A stretch of 64,000 nucleotides of DNA from Diplonema japonicum (lineage: Eukaryota > Protista > Euglenozoa: Diplonemea), in assembly GCA_964019335.1 (NCBI GenBank), contig OZ025741.1, forward strand, positions 124,001-188,000, given 5' to 3'. The translations under genes and the position numbers were made by a program. The notes under the pieces are model-generated. The model worked only from the letters and a program-made list of their open reading frames with translations, ran no database searches and was not told the DNA's origin. Shown piece after piece: positions 50,901-60,962 of this stretch (its first letter is position 1; every line of letters starts with the position of its first letter).

Positions 50901-53900
50901 TGCTCAGGCACCGTTGAGGGGCCGCAGGCGTCCCTTTGAGCACAGACGGTGAACGACAACTAAACTCGTTGGCGTCACAGATAGCATCACAGCAGCGCTC
51001 CTCTCCGCACCCTGAGTCGTCGCACTGGATGCTTGCAGGGTTCAGCTTCTTGACAAGCCCCACCTTGCACGTGAAGGTGTTGATATAGCAAGTCTGCGTG
51101 CAGCAGGTGGGGATGTCGCAGTCACGTCCAGCGTTCCCACCGCTACACGTGATGAATGCAGAGTTTGGTCGCAGCGAGTAGTGACCATGCTGGCAGCCCG
51201 TGAACTCCTCGTTGTCACATGTTGCAAAGCAGCACGTGTCACTGTCGCAACCACTGTCAGGACATTTGATGGACGACGCGGGCTGGCGGGCAATGTAGCC
51301 AGCAGTACTACACTCCGTGAAGGTGGGCAAGTCGCATGACACGTCGCAACAGATATCCCTTGTGCACGTTGCACTGTTGCAGTTTATGGACTCTGGGCTG
51401 CTCTTGAGGATGTAGCCTGTGGAGCAACCTGTGAAAGTGCTGCAAAATGAGTTGCAACAAGCGTTGAAGTTACAAGAACTGTTTGGGCAAGGAACCGACT
51501 CGGGATTGGGCTTCAGCACACCCGATGTGCAGGTGTACGTACTGCAAGAGCGTACACAACTAGCGGACACAAGAGCGAGGCTCCCGTGCTGAGCGCCGCT
51601 CGGACACGTCACCATGTTAGTGCTGTTGCTATCGAAGTAGCCCGTCGCGCATTGGACTGTACACGATGTGTCGGTCAAGACACCAAGGTACATCCCGTTC
51701 TTGCAAGGGTCGGCACCGCCGGGCGTTGTGCCCGTTGAGAGGGACACGAGACACTTGTCCTCAACACACGTAGTGGCGGCATTGGGGTCCACATATGTCC
51801 TTGCATTGGAGCAGGTCAATTCAAACCCATCGTTCTCCCTGTGATACCCAGCTCTACATTGCGGGTTGCAGTACCCGCCAGTGAACTGGGCGTTGCATGA
51901 GGAATAATCGGCCGAGGCAGCAGACACTGGTCCATTGCTGCACCGATTGGGAGGGCAAGACGGGACGGCCGTGAATGGACAGGTGATGATGGCACCACCT
52001 CCATTGTAGCCGGAAACACATCGAACGTTGCAAGAAGGGTCAGCGATTGTAGAAAGGCTGCTGCCGTTGAGGCAGCTGTCACTTGAGCCCCCCTCGACTC
52101 CATCTGGGAAGATGTACGGTGGGCACAGTGCATCTGAAGGGTCCTCGGCAGTGATCGTGAAGCTCACCACCTGCACCAACGAGCCGTCATCAATGTCGCA
52201 AGTTACCCGGCTGCGCTCCATGCCAGTGAGGCCAGGCCTGATCGTGAAGAGCAGTGTCCCGGTGGTTCCTGTCGAGGCCTTTGGGGAGTAAGTAGTCATG
52301 GCAATCACAGGGGCGCTGAAAAAGATGTCTGGTGAAGCGCTGCACTTGCACGGCGCACCCCTGCACAGCACCTGACCATCTTCATCATCACTAGTGGCAA
52401 ACCCTGTCCGCACATCAGATACAAGCAAGAAGGACTGCGGGGCTGTGTTATTGTACCGTGTTATGACCTCCTTGGGGACTGTGCCCCACGTAGGGTAGTC
52501 GTTGACGCGTGGGATGGACAACGATAAAACCATAGTGGCGGCCCGCCCTGTTGTGTCACGGATGGTAAAGTTCAGAGGAATAGGCCCATCGGCAGTGTTG
52601 ACATTGTCCCTTAACGTGAGCGTCAGGTGTGAGGTGCATGTCCCTGTACAGTACTGCACTGGTGTCAACATCGGGGCACGCGAAAAAACAGTAGGCCACC
52701 TTGTGTCTGTTGACGAGAACTCGTACCAAGCACCAGTGAAGACGCTCATCCCGTTGTTGTTGTCGTCCAAGCTGCTGACAAAGCCCTTGATCTCGCACTC
52801 GACAGCCGTGGTGCGCGGGAGCGAGGAGCCGTCCTCGATGCACGCGATGTCGTTGGATACCCATGACAGCAGCGTGGTCACTCTGATCGGCTGCAACCTG
52901 TTGGACTCTGCGGGAACGCCTGTGTCGGTCAGGGTACAATTAATGATCCCTTCTTCCGAAGGACGAGCTTTACGCAAAACAAAACTCAAGTCAGCTGTTG
53001 TCCCCTTGATTGTCATTACAGGCGCTGATGCAAAGACGCTAGTGGGCGTGCCCTCACAGACACCCGTGACGCTCTGGGCTGCTTCGTCAGCGGGTCCAGG
53101 TACGATGTTTGTGAACAGGTCCGGAACGAAGTTGCTAGTGGTAACCCCGTTGGGTGCTACGACAGGAGGGTAGTCTGCAGTAGGCATGTCGTTCACAGGC
53201 GCGATGTTCAGCAGCCCGTACTTCGTCTCAGCAACCCTGCCGCTGGAATCAGTAACAATAACGCTGAATCGTACATTGCCATCAGCTGTGTTGACATTGT
53301 CAGCAAGCGTGTAGCGAAGGTCGCTGGTGCACCCACCAGTGCAGGGCACTTGCGGAATTGTCAATGTTGGAGGAGTCTTGAACATGGTATCCCATCTAGG
53401 GTCATCGCTGCTGATGCTGTACCAGCACGAGGTAGGGCATCCTGCCTCCGCAAAGCCGCTCTGCCCGTTGTTGTTGTCGGCAAGGGCGGTGATGAAGTCG
53501 GCGTGGTAGCACGCCAGCAGCGCCGAGGGTGCCGCTGTCGCAACGCCATCTTCGAAACATGTAGTGGTGGTTGTCAGCAGCGTCCATGTTGGGATAACAG
53601 CCGCCTTGATGCTGAAGGGGGCAATCGTAGTCTGCGCATTGCCGTCAGACAGCACGCAGGAAACTGTCGTTGTTGCAGCCTGCATGGAACCCGCCAGTGC
53701 GTATGACAAGTCCGCGTACATGCCCGTGATGCTCAGCTTGGGCTGAACGGAGAACATAACGGAGTTTGAATTCGAGCAGCTTACCGTGGCGACCTGACCG
53801 GGCTCGTTGGGGCCTGCAGTGATGTTGGTCAGGAAGAAGTTCGCAACCTTTATCGTGGTATCATTCCACATGACGTTCTGGTTGGGAGTCTTGGTCAACA

Positions 53901-56900
53901 CCGCGGTGGGCACATCGTTCACACTCAGCACCGTGACCTCGATGAGCTTCGTCTCCGCCGTGAAGCCCGCAGTGTTCCTTACTACGACCGACATATTTAC
54001 CTTCCCGTAGTTGTTGGCCGCGGTATTAAACGTTAGGTCGGCGCTGCATTTGGCACTGCTGCATGTGGGAGACGACAGCGAGGGCGGCACTGAGAAAAAA
54101 GCATCGTTGGTGGTAGTAATGGTGTACCAGCAAGGGCTCAACGGGCATGCACCACTGTCAAAGTTCGCCACACCATTCCCATTGTCGTCTAAGTTCATGA
54201 CAAAGTTCGGAAACACAAATGGCAGCCCTGCCACGGGCGTAGGCGTTACACTGTTATCCTCATAACCTGTGAGCGTGAAGCTGGAAGGGTTCCACTGTGG
54301 GGGCCCCGCAGTGATGGCAATGGTGAACTGCATGCTTCTCTGGCTGCCCATGCTGTCTTTCAGAACACATGTTGCCGTCGTTCTAGCAGGAAATGTGACA
54401 GTGCTGGCAATCTGGAAAACGAGATCCGCGGTGTCACCATTCTTCGAAAGGTCAGGCTGCGTGCTGAACAATGCAGGGCTTGTCACGGTGCAGTTCGTAG
54501 ATACTGTTTCAGAGAGCTCATCAACAGCGGTGCTGGGCCCTGGAGCGATGGACGTGATGAAATTCGAAATCGTGATCGGGGAGCTGCTGAACACAACAGA
54601 GACGTCGCCGCCACCTGCAGCCGTGGGCAGGTCATTGACAGCAGGCACCGTGAGCATCACGCTCACCACAGGTGCCGTTCTCCCAGTGTTGTCCTTCACA
54701 AGCACATCGAACGGAACAGGCGTCCCACCGGTGTTGAAGTTGTCTTTAAGCACCAATGTTAAATCACTCCTGCACGCCACACAGGGCGTCGGTGAGGGAA
54801 GGGACAGCACAGGATCGACAGCAAACATAGTGCCCCACCTCGCATCAGACGACGTGAGTGTGTACCAGCACGAAACCGACGGACACGGCGAAGGAGTGAA
54901 GGTGCTGACACCACCCTTGTTGTCATTCAGACTCGACACGAAGTTCCCAAATACACACGGTGAGGCCGTTGTGGATGGAGCCGCAGAGTTATCTTCATCG
55001 CAAGAAAGGCTCAAAGACGATGGTACCCACGTCGGCGGACCTTCATTCACCGTAAGGGTGAACTGCGGTGTGGCCGTGCTGCCACCTTGGTTGTCAGTGA
55101 CTGTGCACACCACTGTGACACTGACAGGAAAGGTGGTAAGCGTAGTCAACGTGAACTGCATATCAGCAGTTGCAGGCGTCGCAGCGGTTGGGGTAGCACT
55201 GTCAAAGATAAGGGTAGGCCCGCTAGCAAACACCGAAGGGTTGCTAGCAGTGCAGCTTCCTATGACAACTTGCCCGTCTTCGTCAGTAGCGGTGATGGGA
55301 CCGGGACGCACTTTTACATATGGCAGCACTTGCACAGCACTTGTGGCCTGTATGGTGGCTGACGCAGACACCTGTTCAATGGTAGGGTTATCGTTGACTG
55401 GGAGCACCTCGAGGCTCACATCCCACGCAACCTCATTCCCTACAATGTCCTGCACAGTTATGGTGAGCGGCATGGTGCCGCCCCCTGTGTTGGCGTCCAC
55501 ACCCGTCTGGATGACAAGATCCGACGAACATAGAGAGGTGTCGCTGCAGTTCGAAGGTGCTGCACTGAAGTACGGCTTCACCTGCAAAAAGGACACAGTG
55601 TTGTATCTCGTGTCCGCAGACCTGGCAGAGTACCAGCACTGCGAAGCAGTAGAGGCACCCCCACCGCCTCCCGTAGGGGAAGGAGGGCATGGGTCCACAG
55701 AAGGGGAACATGGCAGCGGGCAGCTCACCACCGAGAAAATGCTGGAGCCGTTGTTGTTGTCGTTGAGCGCTGTGAGAAAGTTGGGGACCACGCACCAGCC
55801 GGAGACAGTTGTGGAGGGGCTTGTGGTGCCGTCCTCATAACAAGAGATGGTGTTCACAGAAGGGCGCCACGATGGTTTTGTGGTAGCGAGGATGGTGAAG
55901 GGCTGCAAGGTAAGGGAGCCACCTGCGTCGTCAGTGATGGTGCATGTCACTGTCGACGACCGCTCGACACTACTGAGGCCAGGTGCCAGTGCGTACACCA
56001 AGGACGCACTTGCAGGTGCTGCCGCAGTGGGCGTCATGTTGAGCCTCAGGAATGGCATCGTTAAGAACAGCGCAGCGTCAGACGCAACACACGCACAGCT
56101 GCCGCCACCGCACAGAACCTGTGCGTCCTCTGACACCGACCCCACAGCACCCGGCCTCACGTTCACCACATAGTCAGGCACTTCCACTGTGTTGATGTTG
56201 CTGTAGAACGTCGACAGTGCCAAAGCACCTTTCAGCACGGCAGTCGGGTTGTCGTTCACTTCTGTCACCAGGAGCGACGCCTCCACATCAATACTGCCGC
56301 CTGCACTGTCTTGAAACGTGCAAGTGAAGTTCGTGCGTCCAACAGCATCTAGCACTAGCACCGCCTCCAATGTGTCAAGCTTAGCACCTGTAACAGTGAC
56401 TGACGTGATGCAGCTTCCTGTTGTCGAGACACATGTGTCTGATGTGATGACGCAGCCCTGCAGGCGGACAGTGTCTGTCAGCTCCCATGCAAGGCCTGCG
56501 GGCGAAGAACCCGCCACTATGAAGAAGTTTGAGAAGCTGGCCGTCATGCCTTCTGCGACAGTAGCATCGCACGTGCCGCACACGACGGAAGGGGGCGTGT
56601 TGGGTGGGTAGATGGTTATTATTATATCGGGAAGCATCGTACTCGCACCCCCCGAGTCCGCCAGCGTGCACTGCAGCGCTGTGGTGATGGGCGCAGGGCC
56701 AGGGAAGTCAGCCCATGTAGGATAGCCGGTGAGCCCCGGTTGTAAGGTGAAAGAGAGTGTTCCGTTTCCGCCAGCAAGCTGGATGGAAGGGGTACCAGTG
56801 AAGAGGGATGCGTTTCCTGTGCAGGTCTGCATGACGGGGAAGGTCTCACCCGTTTCGTCAAGAGCCGTCGAAGGCCCTGTCTGGAGGTTCGTGAGCACGT

Positions 56901-57789
56901 TAGGAAATGTGTATGAAGCAGCGCCGTAGCGAACCTCGAGAGAGGTGTTGAGGTCTGCTGACGGTGGGTCGGGTACCGCGGCGACAGTAAGGGAAAAGGT
57001 CACGGGGGATGCTGCATTCCCGTTGGCGTCCCTGATGAGCACGGTGAACATGAGGGGCCCCGTGGCACCCCATGTCCCGACCGTGTTGACGTCGTCGGCC
57101 AGCTGAATAGAGAGATCGCTTTTGCAACTCACGCAGCCGGTGGCTGGGGTGTCGCTGAGCGAAGGCGCCGAACGGAAGAAACCGTTGTTCCACCTGATAT
57201 CGGTGCTTGTTATTTCGTAAAAACACGTTGAAGACCCACCTGGTGGGCAGGGAAGAGGCAGCTGAAGAGTCCCACCGTTGTTGTCATTCAGATTCGAGAA
57301 GAGAGGCGACACAGAACAAAGAGTGTCCTCAGAACAAGCTATCCCCATTACGGTAGGCGACCATGTCAGCCCGTTGGCGGTGATGGAAAATGTGGGGACC
57401 GTGAAGGAGTTCCCGTTGTTGTCAGGGATGGTGCAGGAGACTGTTGATGTAACGGGGAAGCCTGTGAAAGGTACTGCAAGGGAGTACTTCAAGGTGCCTG
57501 TAGTGGGGGTCAGAAAGGTTGGGGTGTACGTCAGCAGGTCGATGACAGGCAAGGAGCTGAACAACGCCGCGTTGCTGACTGTGCACGCACAGTTGTTACC
57601 CCCGCACAAGATGTCGCCGTCGTCTGTTGCGCTGCTCCCTGCCTTCACATTTGTCACATAGTTGTACACTTCCTGCACCCCTCCCCTCAGCTGCCCCACT
57701 TGATCTCTCGGCACCACTATAGTCGCTGCGGGGGCATCGTTTGCCCCAACAACAAGCCACCACAATGCTAAGATCAGGATACCTCTCAT
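35518..57789 (-). CDS. Giant adhesion/receptor-like protein B (~7370 aa) with a polycystin-1-like 5-TM C-terminal region
   Basis: Signal peptide MRGILILALWWLVVGA from ATG 57789. Introns 36044-36100, 35896-35941 and probably 35530-35585 give 22113 nt, divisible by 3 (the stop would be 35466 if the last is retained). Contains Ig/cadherin-like VNDxP repeats, CTDC-like repeats, an EGF-like domain and five hydrophobic helices. Confidence 0.85.
39140..50860 (-). repeat. CTDC-like Cys-rich repeat array in gene B
   Basis: Same unit as in gene A; boundaries approximate. Confidence 0.75.
52140..57740 (-). repeat. Tandem ~230-aa paired Ig/cadherin-like modules in gene B
   Basis: Recurring EVNDNP, PVNDNP, AVNDLP, SVNDVP, PVNDMP, RVNDYP and six L(N/D/A)DNxxG motifs; beta-rich and Ser/Thr-rich. 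Confidence 0.7.
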
Positions 57790-57903
57790 GCTGACATACT
57801 TTTTTTTAATTTTTTTTCTTCCCTTTTTTTTTGGGGGGGGGTTTTTTTTTAAAAATTCAGAGACACTGGTGTTTTTTTTTCTTCTTCTTTTTTTTTCCGT
57901 ATA

Positions 57904-58823
57904 GTATCTCGCCATCGGATCATACATGAAGCGGCACAGGACCCGCAACATGGCCAAAAGATAGCTGTAGCAATTTCAGTCGTGGGTGCCTTCTTCACAA
58001 GGAAGATAACAGTTCACTTCATATATCATTGTGTCTTCTCGCCATCAGATCATACATGAAGCGGCACAGAACATCCGCAACATGGCCAAAAAACAGCTTT
58101 CGGAACTAACAATTCTGCGCCTTAACATGCAAAGGGATGAAGTTGTTGTCACGGTGTGTCCTCGTCTCGCCATCGGATCATACATGAAGCGGCACAGGAC
58201 CCGCAACATGGCCAAAAGACAGCTGTAGCTCCTTCCTGTACGGGTGTCTTCTTTCACACAAGAAGATAGCATCCTTCATATACCATTGTGTGTTCTCGCC
58301 ATCGGATCATACATGAAGCGGCACAGAACACCCACAACATGGCCAAAAGACAGCTTTTGCAACGAAGAATTCTGCGCCTTAACATGCAAAGGGATAAAGC
58401 TGTTGTCACGGTGTGTCCTCGTCTCGCCATCGGATCATACATGAAGCGGCACAGGACCCGCAACATGGCCAAAAGATAGCTTCTTCACAGGAAAATAGCT
58501 GGGCAGACAGTGGTGTTTTGTGTAGGGCATTTTATTATCTCGCCATCGGATCATACATGAAGCGGCACAGAACACCCACAACATGGCCAAAAGACAGCTT
58601 TTGCAACGAAGAATTCTGCGCCTTAACATGCAAAGGGATGAAGTTGTTGTCACGGTGTGTCCTCGTCTCGCCATCGGATCATACATGAAGCGGCACAGGA
58701 CCCACAACATGGCCAAAAGATAGCTTCTTCACACAGGAAAATAGCAACCTGCATCGTGTGTTCTCGCCATCGGATCATACATGAAGCGGCACAGTACACC
58801 CGCAACATGGCCAAAAGACAGCT
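57904..58823 (-). ncRNA. Cluster of 8 single-hairpin AGA-box (H/ACA-like) guide snoRNAs
   Basis: Units at 57907-57966, 58037-58098, 58165-58224, 58294-58355, 58422-58481, 58538-58599, 58666-58725, 58762-58823. Fold: GCU(G/A)UC/GAUGGC lower stem, UUUUGGC and UAUGAUCC pocket, CAUG/CAUG and G(C/U)GG/CCGC upper stem, then G-AGA-NNN, 15 nt below the upper stem. Stem variants keep pairing. Confidence 0.75.
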
Positions 58824-59061
58824 TCCCCCCTCCTTCCGACCCGGAAAAAAAAAAAAAAAAAACACTGGGTTAAAAAAAAGAAAATAGAAATAGAAAATTT
58901 GGTCTTAGAAAATTCACTAACAGAAAGGCAGATGGGAAATAAAGAGAAAAAAAAAAAAGGATAGGGAGGGCGGAGGGAAGCGGCAGTGGTGCCCTTCACC
59001 TCAAAACACCCCGTATTTTTTTTTTTTTTTGGGCTTTTTTTTTCTCTCGGAGAGAACGGGT

Positions 59062-60678
59062 TCAATTCACGGTGCACTCGAGGATGATTGAACGCTTATT
59101 CTTACCTTTGAAAGGGGGGCTAGCGAAGGAGAATTTTACATTAGGCCGCTGCTGGGTGATGAGTGTGATGGCGGTGTGGAGAGCAGGGGTCGCAGTGTTG
59201 ATAAGGATACGAGACGTGGCGGGGCACGCCGACATCAACAGTGCTGCATGGTCCTGGAAACAGTCAGGTATGAGCCCTCCTCTGGAGTAGTCACGAAGGA
59301 CAGCCTGAGCCGCTCTTTCCCCTGTCAGAGTGGCTTTGGTGCCTTTTCCACCAAGAGACCACCCGCACCATACTGCACCTTTGCTGGACTTCATCTGGAT
59401 GCTGATGAAGACCACGTCACTCGCCACGCTGTCCTCTTTCCATAGATTCAAGTTTGTGACACTGTCCACCCCTTCCACCTCCTCGTTCATCATGCTAAAG
59501 GCGGCCTGTGCTACGTTCTGTCCTACTTCAAGGGGGATGCCTTTCGACACCCACACGGATATGTTTAGCTCCACGATGCTGCCCTGTTCCACGAGGTTCA
59601 CCGGTGTGATGAACACCGTCGGCTGCACCTTCAAGACGGCTGTGTTGTGGTGGTTCCCCTTCCTCTTTGTCACCTGGCATGATGCCTCGCAGCTGAACAG
59701 CGACAGCAGCTGGCAGTACCCGTCCTGCACGGCCGCTGTGGGGAAGGAACCGTTGTCTGTCGGGCCCTTCATGGTGACGGTCGCGCGTGTCTGCGACACC
59801 GCCAGCACTGGCAGCAGCCACAGCGCAATGCCTGCCACACACCCTGACTTCACCTCTACACTGTCAGTGAGATGTCGTCTCTCTGCTGTTGCTGGGCAGC
59901 AGTCCTGAACGTCGTCGTCGGTTGTCAAAGTCAGGAACCCATGTCTCTCAAGTACAGCCAGCCCCACCTCGTCTTGGATGGGGAGGACCTGCCTGCCACC
60001 AGTCTTGCCAAGCACGTTGCACAGCTTGACGTCCTCCTTCGCGATGCATGCAGAGATGATGATGTCACGGTAGGCTGCTGCACCCCCGAGGCCCGTCGAG
60101 GCGTCGATGGCGCCTGTCGTGGGCGAGGGCGGGGGGGTGGGGGTTTTCTCACGGGGCTCCTGCCCGAGTCGTTCAAGAGACTTCTTCGAGCGAGATGCAG
60201 TCCCAATGTCGAAGAGGATGGTGTCTTGTTTCTCTTGGAGCTGCTTGTTCTGCAGGTCGCGAAGGGCTTTCTTCCTGCTCTTCCTCTTCTCGGATCGCTG
60301 CAGTGCGTAGTCAGTCTTCGTCCTCTCTGGGATGTTCAAGGTGCTGATGATGGATTCAAAGCGCTTCATGACAAGCTGCTCCTTCTCATCAGGGTCGGGC
60401 TTCTTGCGTGCTTTTCTGTGTTCTGCATGAACGGCTTCCACGCACCCGACGCAAGCCTTCAGCAGGATCGGGTCGGAGAGGACCTCGAACGCCTTTTCCA
60501 CCACAATCCCCACTTCCTCCATTCCCTCAGATAGCAGTTGCTTCTCCTTGTACGCCGCGACGACCACCTCTGGTGTCAACTCCTCGCTGCACCCCAGCTG
60601 CAGCACCAGGAACGGATCGAAGCACTCCGGGCCTCCCTCTGCTGCCTTCACCAACATTCGAAGCTGTTTTCCCGACAT
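59062..60678 (-). CDS. DnaJ-like (no HPD) + coiled coil + RNA 3'-terminal phosphate cyclase-like domain fusion (538 aa)
   Basis: N-terminal FDPFLVLQL...AAYKEK...KAFEVLSDP is J-domain-like. IDASTGLGGAAAYR, LLPVL...VTMKGPTD and SLGGKG.KA...GERAA...FQDH resemble RtcA/Rcl1. Confidence 0.75.
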   Translation of the reverse strand: MSGKQLRMLVKAAEGGPECFDPFLVLQLGCSEELTPEVVVAAYKEKQLLSEGMEEVGIVVEKAFEVLSDPILLKACVGCVEAVHAEHRKARKKPDPDEKEQLVMKRFESIISTLNIPERTKTDYALQRSEKRKSRKKALRDLQNKQLQEKQDTILFDIGTASRSKKSLERLGQEPREKTPTPPPSPTTGAIDASTGLGGAAAYRDIIISACIAKEDVKLCNVLGKTGGRQVLPIQDEVGLAVLERHGFLTLTTDDDVQDCCPATAERRHLTDSVEVKSGCVAGIALWLLPVLAVSQTRATVTMKGPTDNGSFPTAAVQDGYCQLLSLFSCEASCQVTKRKGNHHNTAVLKVQPTVFITPVNLVEQGSIVELNISVWVSKGIPLEVGQNVAQAAFSMMNEEVEGVDSVTNLNLWKEDSVASDVVFISIQMKSSKGAVWCGWSLGGKGTKATLTGERAAQAVLRDYSRGGLIPDCFQDHAALLMSACPATSRILINTATPALHTAITLITQQRPNVKFSFASPPFKGKNKRSIILECTVN

Positions 60679-60962
60679 TGTTTCCTTCCTTTTTTTATTA
60701 TTATTATTTTCTCGCCTTTTCTTGGCTAGGTGAGAAAAAATTCTGTGAGGTGGATAAAAATTAAAAGTGCGGAAAGAAAAAAAAAAAAAAAAAGAAAGAA
60801 AATACCAAAAAAAAATCTATTTCCAATAAAGAAAATAACAAAATTGTCGGGGTGGGGGGGAGTGGTTTTATTTAATGGAGATAAAAAAAAGAAATCTAAA
60901 AAAAAAAAATCTAGAATTTTTTTTGTTAAGGGAAAACAAAATCAAAAAAAAAAAAATTTTTG

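Noticed and set aside
14300-57700. Numerous plus-strand and off-frame ORFs overlapping the giant genes
   Set aside because: Shadow ORFs produced by Cys/Thr/Gly codon bias; no independent motifs.
57907-58823. CRISPR array
   Set aside because: Repeats are 60-62 nt, spacers are themselves repeated or related, there are no cas genes, the context is eukaryotic, and the variation pattern fits an AGA-box hairpin.
57790-58887. Short ORFs across the array and the N-terminal extension of the 7354-aa ORF
   Set aside because: These are translations of the repeat and poly(A) tracts; the signal-peptide ATG at 57789 is the plausible start.
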